A DNA stretch of 64,000 nucleotides from an uncultured Gemmataceae bacterium. Its GTDB lineage: Bacteria; Planctomycetota; Planctomycetia; Gemmatales; Gemmataceae. Shown here in pieces: positions 41,332 to 50,735 of the stretch. Position 1 is the stretch's first letter, and each line of letters opens with the position of its first letter. The stretch covers positions 736,001 to 800,000 of the forward strand of contig CAVVPN010000004.1 in NCBI GenBank assembly GCA_963750165.1, read 5' to 3'. Made by a program: the position numbers and the translations under genes. The notes under the pieces were generated by a model. That model worked only from the letters and a program-made list of their open reading frames with translations, had not been told where the DNA came from and did not search any database.

Positions 41332-42948
41332 TCACGGCGCCGGGCTGGCGGCCGGCAGCGGCTGGGCGTAGATGACCACGTCGGCACGCACCACCGGGCG
41401 CTGCGGCGGGTAGTGGTACACGACCGCGCCGCCGCGCTCGCGCACCGTTTCCTCCAAATCCCTGCTCCGGAGCCCGTTCGGATCGTTGTCGCGGGCCCGG
41501 GAGACGACGCTGTAGAGCACGCGCAGCGCGCCCGGCGGCACCGGCGGTCGCGGCTTGCTCTCCTCGAACACCAGGCCGGCGTAGTAGTGTGCCCAGCAAT
41601 GGCTGTCCTCAATGAGGTCGTGCGGTTGCAGATGCCCCGCCAGCCACAGACCCGCGGCGTGATGGCCGGCCCGGTTGGCGTGCAGCGGTTGCAGCGTCTT
41701 CGGCATCCCGGAGCCGATCAGCGCCGCCAGCAGTACCAGCGACCACAGCGCCGGCCGTAACAGCAGCCGTTGCGGCTGTCCCGGCGTGGGCAGCAGGCGC
41801 AGCCGATGCAGCAGCCAGGGGGGCGCGTCCAGCAGGAACGCCGCCGCCGGATAGACGCCGCCCATCACCAGCAGCTGAATGTGCCGGTCGGACAGGTAGC
41901 CGACCACCACCGCCAACCGCCACAGCACCAGGGCGTGCAGGCAGCACAGCGTCACCACCGCGCCCATGACCGGTACGCGCCGCGTCCGCCCGGCGTAGCA
42001 GATCATGCCGAGCAAGGTCGGCAGCCAGCCGGCGTAATGGAACGCCTTGACCAGTTCCGCGCCGAGGCTCCACACGCCCAGCCCGAGCCGCTCCAGCGGT
42101 TCGCCGGCGGTCGGCAGCACGACCGCCAGCAGCGGACCGGCCGCCGTCGTGGGCGACTCGTCGGTTTTCTGGCTCAGGAACTGCTGAACGCTGGGCTTGG
42201 TGGAGAAGCGGCCCGTCGCCGCCACGTAGGCGCGCCGACCAGCGCCGCGGCGACGATCAGCGCCAGCCCGCACCGCGCGAACGACCAGCCGGGCCGCCGC
42301 CACACGGGCGACAGACTGCATAACACCCAGCATGAACAGCACGGTCACGACCAGCAGCAACCCCTCGGGCCGTGTCAGGTACGTGAGGCCGCAACAGACG
42401 CCGCACAGCGCGAACCGGAGCGACGAGCGGGTGTCCAGCGCCTGGGCCGCCAGGCACAGCGTCGTCGCCGTCAGCAACAGGAACAGCGCTTCGGACAGGC
42501 CATCGGAGAGGATGTGGCCGGTGACCGGCAGGCACTGGAAGAGCAGCGTCGCCCAGAAGCCGGCGCGGGCGTTGAACAGGCGCTTGCCCAGGTAAAACAT
42601 GGGAAAAATCAACAACACCGCGGCCAGGCCGCTGGCCAGCTGGGCGCTGAGCTGCATGCGCACGGTGTCGGGCCGGTCGATGAGCTGGCGAACCGGTACG
42701 GAGACGGCGAGGACCGTGAGGGGATAGCCGGGGTGCTGATGGTTGGTGCGAACGACCGTTGCCCAGGGGGTGGTCTGGAATTGCAGGGCGTAGCGGATGA
42801 AGCCGATGCTGTCGCGGGCGGCCACCTCGGTGTGGCTGAGCAGCCAGCCGCGCAGCGGCACGGTCAGGGCCAGGAGCAGCAACAACCAGCGAGTGTCGGA
42901 CCAGCGCCGCGGTTGCTGCTCGGGGGTCGCCGCCGCCAGCTCGTCCAT
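41332..42948 (-). CDS. GT-C membrane glycosyltransferase (ArnT/PMT-like)
   Basis: D...F..YA, HPGYP, LSEALF, LTYLTRPEG, many TMs; probable compensating indels ~42230-42300. Confidence 0.8.
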   Translation of the reverse strand: MDELAAATPEQQPRRWSDTRWLLLLLALTVPLRGWLLSHTEVAARDSIGFIRYALQFQTTPWATVVRTNHQHPGYPLTVLAVSVPVRQLIDRPDTVRMQLSAQLASGLAAVLLIFPMFYLGKRLFNARAGFWATLLFQCLPVTGHILSDGLSEALFLLLTATTLCLAAQALDTRSSLRFALCGVCCGLTYLTRPEGLLLVVTVLFMLGVMQSVARVAAARLVVRAVRAGADRRRGAGRRAYVAATGRFSTKPSVQQFLSQKTDESPTTAAGPLLAVVLPTAGEPLERLGLGVWSLGAELVKAFHYAGWLPTLLGMICYAGRTRRVPVMGAVVTLCCLHALVLWRLAVVVGYLSDRHIQLLVMGGVYPAAAFLLDAPPWLLHRLRLLPTPGQPQRLLLRPALWSLVLLAALIGSGMPKTLQPLHANRAGHHAAGLWLAGHLQPHDLIEDSHCWAHYYAGLVFEESKPRPPVPPGALRVLYSVVSRARDNDPNGLRSRDLEETVRERGGAVVYHYPPQRPVVRADVVIYAQPLPAASPAP

Positions 42949-43120
42949 GAGCCACCTCGGGGGTCGGTCGGCTCGTCCGCCGCGATCCGTCGCGCCGGGT
43001 GCCGGGTGCGAAGATCGTAGAACGTTCGCCGCCGCGCGTCAAGGCGGTTCCCGATTTATCGGTTCGCGCGGTCCAGCGCGAACCGAGCCATCAAAACCTG
43101 GACTGGTTGTTCGGTGACTC

Positions 43121-45130
43121 CTAATGCCGCCCAGCACGGGCGTGTTCACGGGTGACAGCACACTGCCGCGCGTCCCACACCAGGGCGGTGCCATCCCGGC
43201 CGCCCGAAACCACGCGACCGCCATCGCCGCTGACCGCCACGCCGGTGACCGCATCCGTGTGGCCGCGGAGCGTGAGCCGTTCCTGACCCGTCCCGACATC
43301 CCAGACGCGCACCGTGCGGTCGCGGCCGCCGGAGACAATGCACCGGCCATCCGCGCTGACCGCGACGCTGTACACCGGGCCGACGTGTCCGCGGAGCACC
43401 AGCTGTTGCTGACCCGTGTCCGCGTCCCAGAAACGCACCGTGCCGTCAAAGCTGGCGCTCACGACCCGGCAACCGTCCGCGCTGAGCGCCACGCCGAACA
43501 CCAGGTCCGTGTGCCCCTGCAAGCAGCGCTGCTCCTGCCCCGTCGCGGCGTCCCACACCTTCACCTTCCAGCCGCTCACCGAGACGGCGCGGCGGCCGTC
43601 GCCGCTGACCGCCACGGCCGAGACGGCGCCCATCTGATCCGGCAGGGCACGGGCTTCCTTGCCGGCCGTGCCGTCCCACACCCGGAGCGCCAGGTCTGCC
43701 CCGCCGGACACGATGCGGCCGCCATCGCCATTGACCGCCGCCGCCAGGACCGGCGCGGTGTGCCCGGCCAGCGTCCACCGCTCCCGCCGCGTTTGCGTGT
43801 CCCACACCTTGACGGTCTGGTCATCGGCCGCCGACACCAGCCAGCGGCCATCGCCACTGAGCGCCACCGCATGAACCGGCTCTTTGTGTCCCGCGAAGGT
43901 GCCGAGTTCCTGGCCCGTCACCGCGTCCCACACCTTCACCGTGCCGTCCTCGCCGGCCGAGAAGACGCGCTGACCGTCACCGCTCAGGGCCACGCCGAGG
44001 ACTGCCCGCGGATGGCCCACGAGGGCCACGCACTTGCCGCGGCACTGCGCACACAGCCGGTTCACCTCGTCCGCCGGCTCGTCGGAGCGGGCCGCGTCGT
44101 GCAGCAGGGCGGCGGCGCGCACCAGGTCGTTCTCGGCCAGCGCCCGCTGAGCCTGCTCCAGTCGGTCGGCCGACCGGACTTCCGCGACCTGCTCCGACCG
44201 CGGTGGCGGTGCCGGCGGCGGCGCCGCTCCCTGCTCCAGCGGCACGGTGACGGTCAGCCCGACCGCCAGCAGTCCCCCGGCCGCCAGCACTGTCGCTGCG
44301 GTCACCGCCAGCGGCCGCCGGCCGCGCTCGGATGCGCCCGTGGCCCGACGGAACGGGTGGAAGAACTGGCCCAGAAAGTCCTCCGGGAAATCAGGGTCGC
44401 CATTGCCGAAGTGCTCCGGCAGCTGGCCCGGCGGCATGTAAAAGGTGCCGAAGAGCACGTCGAGGATAGGGAAGGTCGAGGCGAAATTCTTGTCGAGGCC
44501 CGCCTCCTCGGTGGTATGGTGCCAGCGATGGAACACGGGGCTGGCCAGGAGGTAGCGGAACGGCCCGAACGTCCAGTTGAGGTTGGCGTGAACCAGCGCC
44601 GAAAAGACGAGGTTGAACGGGGCCATGACGACCAGCGCCGCCGGCGAGAAGCCCAGCAGCAGGACCGCCACGTCCGCGACGCAGAACGCCAGCAGGTCGT
44701 TGACAACATGGAAGCGCTGCGTGGCGGTCCAGTCCAGCACCCGCGGCGAATGGTGGACCGCATGGAACTTCCACGCCAAACGGCTGTGGAAACCGCGATG
44801 AATCCAGTACAGCAAGATGTCCTGCAGCACCAGGACGAGCACGCACTGTTGCCAGAGCGGCAGGCCGCGCACCGGCAGCAGTTGCGCGCCGTGGCCGCCG
44901 AACAGCAGGGCCATGCCGGCGACCAGCATCAACGTGCGGCCGATGCGCAGGAAGAGCGGCACGATCAGCCAGTACAGCACATCGGTGGCGGTGCCGCGGA
45001 GGTTCTTCCACCAGTACATGGCGGGGTTGCCGGGCGTCAGGTGCGCCAGCGCGCAGGAGGCAACGGCCAGTCCCGCCAGCCAGCCCAGTTGCCGCAACCA
45101 GAAATCGCCGACGATGGTCAGCCAGTCCAT
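43121..45130 (-). CDS. Sterol desaturase/fatty-acid hydroxylase fused to WD40 propeller
   Basis: His boxes WIHRGFH, FHAVHHS, HAN, FHRWHH; TM linker; seven GH...VSG..D.TV.VWD repeats. Confidence 0.88.
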   Translation of the reverse strand: MDWLTIVGDFWLRQLGWLAGLAVASCALAHLTPGNPAMYWWKNLRGTATDVLYWLIVPLFLRIGRTLMLVAGMALLFGGHGAQLLPVRGLPLWQQCVLVLVLQDILLYWIHRGFHSRLAWKFHAVHHSPRVLDWTATQRFHVVNDLLAFCVADVAVLLLGFSPAALVVMAPFNLVFSALVHANLNWTFGPFRYLLASPVFHRWHHTTEEAGLDKNFASTFPILDVLFGTFYMPPGQLPEHFGNGDPDFPEDFLGQFFHPFRRATGASERGRRPLAVTAATVLAAGGLLAVGLTVTVPLEQGAAPPPAPPPRSEQVAEVRSADRLEQAQRALAENDLVRAAALLHDAARSDEPADEVNRLCAQCRGKCVALVGHPRAVLGVALSGDGQRVFSAGEDGTVKVWDAVTGQELGTFAGHKEPVHAVALSGDGRWLVSAADDQTVKVWDTQTRRERWTLAGHTAPVLAAAVNGDGGRIVSGGADLALRVWDGTAGKEARALPDQMGAVSAVAVSGDGRRAVSVSGWKVKVWDAATGQEQRCLQGHTDLVFGVALSADGCRVVSASFDGTVRFWDADTGQQQLVLRGHVGPVYSVAVSADGRCIVSGGRDRTVRVWDVGTGQERLTLRGHTDAVTGVAVSGDGGRVVSGGRDGTALVWDARQCAVTREHARAGRH

Positions 45131-45340
45131 GAGTCGCCTCCGGGAACGGGGGAAGGGGCCTGCGCGTTCGCGGCGGCGGGCTTTTAGCAAACGGCGCCGC
45201 GACCGGGAAGGCCAACCAGGCAGACCGCAATCGGCATTGACGCGGCCCCGAAAAATGGGCAAGGAGGTAACCCTTGGCCCGGCACTGGCCCGGCCCCTAC
45301 CATGACAGAGGGACGCCCCGATTTCTTCAGGAGACCGACC

Positions 45341-45913
45341 ATGCACAGGTGGATAGGAATCGCTGGTTGCGGTGTGCTGGCGCTGGTGCTGTGCCAGGCG
45401 CCTGCGCTGCCGCAGGAGCAGAAGCAGAGCGACGTCACCTTGAAGGTGGTCAAGTACGACGAACTGTGTGATGTCATCACGAAGCACCGCGGCAAGGTGA
45501 TCGTGGTCGATTTCTTCACCGACCTTTGCATCCCGTGCAAGAAGGCGTTTCCGCACATCGTCGAGATGAGCGGCAAGTACGCCGACAAGGGGCTGGTGAC
45601 GATCTCGGTGAGCCTCGACCCGTGGGGCCCCGAGGGCTTCCAGAAGGAGATGGCGGCGGACGTGTTGAGTTATCTGAAACGGCAGAACGCCCGGATGACC
45701 AACCTGATGCTAAACGAGAAGGGGGACTTCATCCAGGAGCGGCTGCGCATCAAGACGGTGCCGTTCATCTACGTCTTCGACCGCCAGGGCCGCTGGACCG
45801 CCTTCGACGGCGACCGCCTTGGCAAGCACAAGCAGGAATTCAAGGACGGCAAAACTCATTATTTCAAGTACACCGAGGTCGAGGGCCTCGTGCAGAAGTT
45901 GCTGGAAAAGTAA
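45341..45913 (+). CDS. Exported TlpA-like thioredoxin
   Basis: RGKVIVVDFF...CIPC; signal peptide. Confidence 0.85.
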   Translation: MHRWIGIAGCGVLALVLCQAPALPQEQKQSDVTLKVVKYDELCDVITKHRGKVIVVDFFTDLCIPCKKAFPHIVEMSGKYADKGLVTISVSLDPWGPEGFQKEMAADVLSYLKRQNARMTNLMLNEKGDFIQERLRIKTVPFIYVFDRQGRWTAFDGDRLGKHKQEFKDGKTHYFKYTEVEGLVQKLLEK

Positions 45914-45918
45914 AAATA

Positions 45919-45978
45919 ATTGCAAATTGCAAAATGAAAGACAGCAAGGTTTCTGTCTTTCATTTTGCAATTTGCAAT
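45919..45978. repeat. AT-rich perfect inverted repeat
   Basis: ATTGCAAATTGCAAAATGAAAGAC ... GTCTTTCATTTTGCAATTTGCAAT. Confidence 0.85.
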
Positions 45979-45989
45979 CGGAGGTGAGC

Positions 45990-46310
45990 ATGGTCCTGCT
46001 CGAATTCAGCATGTCGCCACTGGGCCAGGGCGAGAGCGTGGCGCCGTATGTGGCCCGCTGTCTGGAGGTGGTCGCGGCCAGCGGGCTGGAGTACCAGCTG
46101 CACGCGATGGGCACGCTCCTGGAGGGCGAATGGGACGAGGTGTTCGCGGTGGTGCGGCGCTGCTACGAAGCGCTGCGGCCGGACTGTGACCGCATCACGT
46201 GCAGCATCAAGGTGGACTACCGCAAGGGCCCCGCCGGCCGGCTGCGCAGCAAGGTGGCGCACGTGCAGGCGCTGGTGAAGCAACCATTGCAGACGGAGGT
46301 GCCATCCTGA
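45990..46310 (+). CDS. MTH1187/YkoF thiamine-binding-protein family
   Basis: FSMSPLG..ESV..YVA, MGTLLEGEWDEV, IKVDYR. Confidence 0.9.
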   Translation: MVLLEFSMSPLGQGESVAPYVARCLEVVAASGLEYQLHAMGTLLEGEWDEVFAVVRRCYEALRPDCDRITCSIKVDYRKGPAGRLRSKVAHVQALVKQPLQTEVPS

Positions 46311-46786
46311 ACGAGCCGCAAAAATCACTGGCGGCCGCACTGGGGCGGATCCCGAGCGGCCTGTTCATTCTGACGGCGCGGCAGGGCGAGTCCGAGACGG
46401 GCATGCTGGCCAGCTGGGTGCAGCAGTGCTCGTTCAAGCCGCCGCTGCTCACGTTCTGCGTGCAGCCGGGCCGCGACATCGCGGTGCTGCTGCAACCGGG
46501 CGTCGCCTTCACGCTCAACATTCTGGACGACACGCAGACGGACATGATTGTGCATTTCGGCAAGGGCTTCGCGCTGAACGAGCCGGCGTTCACGGGGCTG
46601 GACGTGGAGCGCTCGGCGGAGTGGCCGCCGGTGCTGACGGACGCGCTGGCGTGTCTACACGGCAAGGTGCTGAGCCGGCACGCCACGGGCGACCACGATC
46701 TGCTGATCGGCGAGGTGCTGGACGGCCGCATGCTCGGCGAGGGCCAGCCGATGGTCCACGTGCGCAAGAGTGGGATGCATTACTGA
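46307..46786 (+). CDS. Flavin reductase-like protein
   Basis: LGRIPSGLFILT, ASWVQQCSFKPP, GDH, HVRKSG; apparent CTG start after GGAGGT. Confidence 0.88.
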   Translation: MNEPQKSLAAALGRIPSGLFILTARQGESETGMLASWVQQCSFKPPLLTFCVQPGRDIAVLLQPGVAFTLNILDDTQTDMIVHFGKGFALNEPAFTGLDVERSAEWPPVLTDALACLHGKVLSRHATGDHDLLIGEVLDGRMLGEGQPMVHVRKSGMHY

Positions 46787-46892
46787 TAGTCATTAGTCAT
46801 TAGTCATTAGTCATTAGTCATTAGTCATTAGTTTCCAGGGTTCCTGCCCCTGGCTATAACCCTGGAAACTAATGACTAATGACTAATGACTA
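46787..46892. repeat. Heptamer tandem repeat inside a hairpin
   Basis: (TAGTCAT)6 TAGTTTCCAGGGTT ... AACCCTGGAAACTA (ATGACTA)3. Confidence 0.9.
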
Positions 46893-46906
46893 ACGCGGAG
46901 CGTTGC

Positions 46907-47335
46907 ATGTTCTGCCACGAGTGCAAACAGGCGGCGGTGGGCGTGTGCCGGAGCTGCGGGCTGGCGTTCTGTGGCGGTCACGGCGCCGACTATTGCAAGG
47001 TGTGCGCGGTTGGCATCGTGCCGGCGGGCGCGACGGGACCGCGGCGCGTGCAGACCGCCTTCCTGCAGTGCGAAAACCGGCCGCGCATGCCGACTGTCTA
47101 CCTCGACGACGAGGATCCGGGGCCGCCCTCGTGCTACCGCTGCGAGGGCCTGGCGCGGACGGTGTGCGAGCACTGCGATCAACTCTACTGCGCCGAGCAC
47201 GCCGGCCGCCGCGGCTGGTGCGACCTGTGTACCAGGCAGGCGTGGGCCAGCCTGAAACTCACGCTCGGCGTCCTGGCCTGCATTGTCGCGGTGTTCGTGG
47301 TGATGTTCCTGCTGTCGCTGCTGCCGAGGAAGTGA
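46907..47335 (+). CDS. Double B-box-like Zn-finger protein with C-terminal TM anchor
   Basis: CxxC..CxxC...CxxH...CxxC twice; hydrophobic C-terminus. Confidence 0.7.
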   Translation: MFCHECKQAAVGVCRSCGLAFCGGHGADYCKVCAVGIVPAGATGPRRVQTAFLQCENRPRMPTVYLDDEDPGPPSCYRCEGLARTVCEHCDQLYCAEHAGRRGWCDLCTRQAWASLKLTLGVLACIVAVFVVMFLLSLLPRK

Positions 47336-47367
47336 CAACGACGAGCGCTTCCAATAAAAAGACCAAT

Positions 47368-47762
47368 CACGAAAGCACGAAAGGACGAAAACACGAAAAA
47401 AGACAGAAAATGGATTAAGAGGTGGGACGTGCTCCGTAGAAAACCTGGTCGAGCGGCGCGGCGTCAGCCCGCCGGTGCTGCGTCAGACCAGGCACAGGAC
47501 CGGCGGGCTGACGCCGCGCCGCTCGCCTAGAGCGGTTCGCGTTTGGGTAGCGCACAAGTCGTGGGACGGCTCTCCAGAGCCGTCAGCGTTCTCCCGACGG
47601 CTCTGGAGAACCGTCCCACGACTTGTAGTCCACGCGACTGGGAACCGCTCTAACTCAACTGATTCCGAGGTTTTCTACGAAGCAGGTGGGACGCCATTTT
47701 GAGGATGGGTCAGGCCGGTCCACTTTTTTGTCTTTTTTCGTGTTTTCGTCCTTTCGTGCTTC
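47368..47762. repeat. Nested palindromic repeat cluster
   Basis: Outer arms AAAGCACGAAAGGACGAAAACACGAAAAAAGAC / GTCTTTTTTCGTGTTTTCGTCCTTTCGTGCTTT enclose a CGGCGCGGCGTCAGCCCGCCGGT doublet and a TAGAGCGGTTC...GAACCGCTCTA element. Confidence 0.85.
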
Positions 47763-47769
47763 AATTTAT

Positions 47770-48021
47770 ATGTTCCAGCGCATCCTCGGCGGCCTGCCGC
47801 TGGGCCCCTGGTTCCTGCTCGGCTGGCTGGCGCTGGGCACGCTGACGCTGGTCTTCAGCATGATCGTCGCCAGCCGGCTGCACGGCGGCATCGATTTCGG
47901 CTCCCCCGCTCAGGTTATCCCGCGCGGCGCCGCCCTGCTCGCGGTCACCACCGCCCTCAACCTCTTCGAGTGCGGCCTCTTCCTCGCCGGCCCCGTCTGG
48001 TTCTTCGGAATGAAGCGTTGA
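47770..48021 (+). pseudogene. Truncated paralog of membrane protein 54224-54577
   Basis: SM..S...GG.(D/E)FG...LL...GLFL..PVW..G shared with 54224; ends before the last TM. Confidence 0.55.
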
Positions 48022-48258
48022 CCATCGGTCAGTCGATCCGCACGGGTTGACACTGTCCCGTTCTTTGATATTAATATATAAGTCATCGTTGATCGCGACC
48101 ATCCGCCCACCCTCTCCAGCGTCGCGAGTTCGCTCACCATCGCTCACCATCGCTCACCATCCCAGGATCGGGGATGCGTAAACTCGGCTGAACCCGTTTT
48201 CGGGTTTTCCAGCGTTTCGCCTGGATTTCCTGCCCCAGCTGCACGGGCAAGGTATACC

Positions 48259-50112
48259 ATGCACACGACTGCCGTCGATGCGTTCGCGCTCGCGACTCGG
48301 TATCACGCTGCGGGACAGCTCGCGCTGGCCGAGCCGTTTTACCAGGCCGTCCTCGCCATAGAACCGAACCACCCCGAGGTCCTGCTCCGGCTCGGGGTGA
48401 TCGCCCTGCAGCAGGGCAACCCAGCCCTCGCCCGCGACTACCTCCGCCGGGCCGTCGCCGGCGACGGCGCCACCGCGGTCATCTGGAACAACCTGGGCGT
48501 CGCCTACACCACCGTTGGCGACGGTCGCGACGCCGTGGCCGCTTACGAGCAGGCGCTGCGGCTCCGGCCGGACTACGCCGAGGCGTACAACAACCTGGGC
48601 GTCGCCTGGCTGCACCTTGGGGACCCGAAGCGGGCCGCGGGCTGCTGCGAACAGGCCATCCGCTACCTGCCTGCTTACCCCGAGGCATACGACAATCTGG
48701 GGACCGCGCTCAAAAATCAGGGGCGATTGGCAGAGGCGGTCGCCGCTCACGAGCAAGCGCTGCGGCTCAAACCGGACTTCGCCACGGCCGTCAATAACCT
48801 GGGGATGGCCCTGCACGGACAGGGTGACCTGGAACGGGCCATGAGTTGCTACCGAGAGTCTCTGCGCCTCCACCCGGGGCATGCCGACGCCTCGAACAAC
48901 CTTGCGACCGCCCTGAAAGAGCTGGGGCTCCTCGACGAGGCCATCGCCCAGTATCGCGAGACGCTGCGGCTCCAGCCGGAGCACGCCCTGGCCTGCTTCA
49001 ACCTCAGCCAGTTCGTCGCCGAGGGGTGGTATCACTTCGACCGCGCCGTGCTCGACCGGATCGAAGCCCACGCGGCCGGGCAGGGGCCCGCGCTGGAGCG
49101 CAGCCTGTTCTGTTTCACGCTGGCGGGGGTGCTCGACCGCGAGGGCCGCATCGACGAGGCGTTCGGGTACTACCGGCAAGCCAATGACCTGCGGCGCGGT
49201 CTCCTGCAGGAGCGCGGCCAGGCCTTTGACCCCCACAGACATCGGGCTGCTGTGGACCGGATCATCGCCGCCTTTGACCGGACGTACTTTCAGCGGGTGC
49301 AGGCGTGGGGCACGGACACCGAACTGCCCGTCTTCGTGATCGGCATGCCGCGCTCGGGCAGCAGCCTCGTCGAACAAATCCTCGCCAGTCACCCGGAGGT
49401 GTTCGGCGCCGGCGAGTTAGGCGAGCTGCCGCGGCTCACGGCCCGGCTGGCGAAGGCGGCCGGCATGCCCGACGCCCCGCCCACTCCCCTGGCCTTGCCC
49501 GACGCCGCCACGTCTCGGGAACTGGCGGCCACGTACCTCCGCCACCTAACCCGGATCGGCGGGAACGCTTCACGAGTGACCGTCAAGACCCTTGAGAATT
49601 TCCTGTTCCTCGGCGTGATTGCCACGCTGTTCCCGCGCGCGCGTGTCATCCACTGCCGGCGCGACTCCCGCGACATCGGCCTGTCCTGCTATTTCCAGAA
49701 CTTTCAACACCTGGATTTCACCTGGTCCCTGGAAAACATTGGGGCCTACTACCGCGAGTACGAGCGGCTCATGGCCCACTGGCGCCAGGTCTTGCCGCTG
49801 ACGATTCACGAGGTGCGTTACGAGGATCTCGTTCGCCGCCAGGAGGCCGTGTCGCGCGACCTGCTCGCTTACTGCGGCCTGGACTGGGACGAGCGCTGTC
49901 TGAGCTTTTACGAGCATCGCCGGGCAGTACTGACGGCGAGCACGCTGCAGGTGCGCAAGCCGATCTCGACGAAGTCGATCGGCCGCTGGCAGCGCTACCG
50001 TGCTCACCTGGGCCCGCTGCTCAACGCCCTTGGCCAGTGCGGGATCGAGGCGCCGCCTCCGGAGAACGCCGGTGCGAGCCAGGACGCATTGTCAGGCGTC
50101 CCCACCCGCTGA
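48259..50112 (+). CDS. TPR-repeat sulfotransferase
   Basis: Multiple NNLG TPRs; VFVIGMPRSGSSLVEQIL PAPS loop; RYEDLV; SIGRW. Confidence 0.92.
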   Translation: MHTTAVDAFALATRYHAAGQLALAEPFYQAVLAIEPNHPEVLLRLGVIALQQGNPALARDYLRRAVAGDGATAVIWNNLGVAYTTVGDGRDAVAAYEQALRLRPDYAEAYNNLGVAWLHLGDPKRAAGCCEQAIRYLPAYPEAYDNLGTALKNQGRLAEAVAAHEQALRLKPDFATAVNNLGMALHGQGDLERAMSCYRESLRLHPGHADASNNLATALKELGLLDEAIAQYRETLRLQPEHALACFNLSQFVAEGWYHFDRAVLDRIEAHAAGQGPALERSLFCFTLAGVLDREGRIDEAFGYYRQANDLRRGLLQERGQAFDPHRHRAAVDRIIAAFDRTYFQRVQAWGTDTELPVFVIGMPRSGSSLVEQILASHPEVFGAGELGELPRLTARLAKAAGMPDAPPTPLALPDAATSRELAATYLRHLTRIGGNASRVTVKTLENFLFLGVIATLFPRARVIHCRRDSRDIGLSCYFQNFQHLDFTWSLENIGAYYREYERLMAHWRQVLPLTIHEVRYEDLVRRQEAVSRDLLAYCGLDWDERCLSFYEHRRAVLTASTLQVRKPISTKSIGRWQRYRAHLGPLLNALGQCGIEAPPPENAGASQDALSGVPTR

Positions 50113-50283
50113 ACTGCGGGAGAGGGATTTTGGGTTGCGCGCCGTCACCGCAGCAGCGCTGCCTCAACCGCGAGCCCCGGCCCGAACCCAGGCGCCCCGC
50201 ACGGCCGCGCTCCCTGCTGTCGGCGCAAGCTCTTGACAACTACCGCCCCCTGCCCTTCGTCTTCCGGGCCTCTTTTTCCGGCT

Positions 50284-50408
50284 TAGCGCGGTTCACACTT
50301 GGTTTGCGCACAGCCTGTGGGACGGCTCTCCAGAGCCGTCCTTGGCTCGGAGACGGCTCTGGAGAGCCGTCCTACGGGGCGTGATCCACGCGGCTGTGAA
50401 CCGCTCTC
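50284..50408. repeat. MITE-like element carrying a GTGGGACGGCTCT REP doublet
   Basis: Ends TAGCGCGGTTCACA / TGTGAACCGCTCT; related to 47528-47652. Confidence 0.8.
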
Positions 50409-50640
50409 GAGCGCGTTGCGTTCGGGTGTGGCGGGTTCTTCGCCCCGAAGGGGCGGGACAACTTAGCCCAGGGCAACGCCCTGGGGACGCTACAAGCGTT
50501 GTTGTGGTGCCCCTTCAGGGCACGGAAGAAAGCAGGGTAACAGTCGCCTCCCTGGTTCCCAGGGCGTTGCCCTGGGCTAAGTTGTCCCGCCCCTTCGGGG
50601 CGAAAGACACGACCGCTACAGTCGTCTGCGAACCGCGCTA
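50409..50640. repeat. Family A palindromic element, copy 2
   Basis: Nearly identical to 7142-7385. Confidence 0.9.
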
Positions 50641-50735
50641 GCCTGGGCCGCCGCCTGCGGTGGAATTCTTCATAACAAAGATGCTCCGGTAGACTGAAAA
50701 ATCCTGCTGACGCTGATGTTCTTGCCCTGACGCGC

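Noticed and set aside
43121..45556. 811-aa version of the desaturase-WD40 ORF
   Set aside because: The extension overlaps the divergent thioredoxin gene; ATG 45130 has a GGAGG RBS.
48131..48160. (CGCTCACCAT)3 tandem repeat
   Set aside because: Short, single occurrence and no supportable function.
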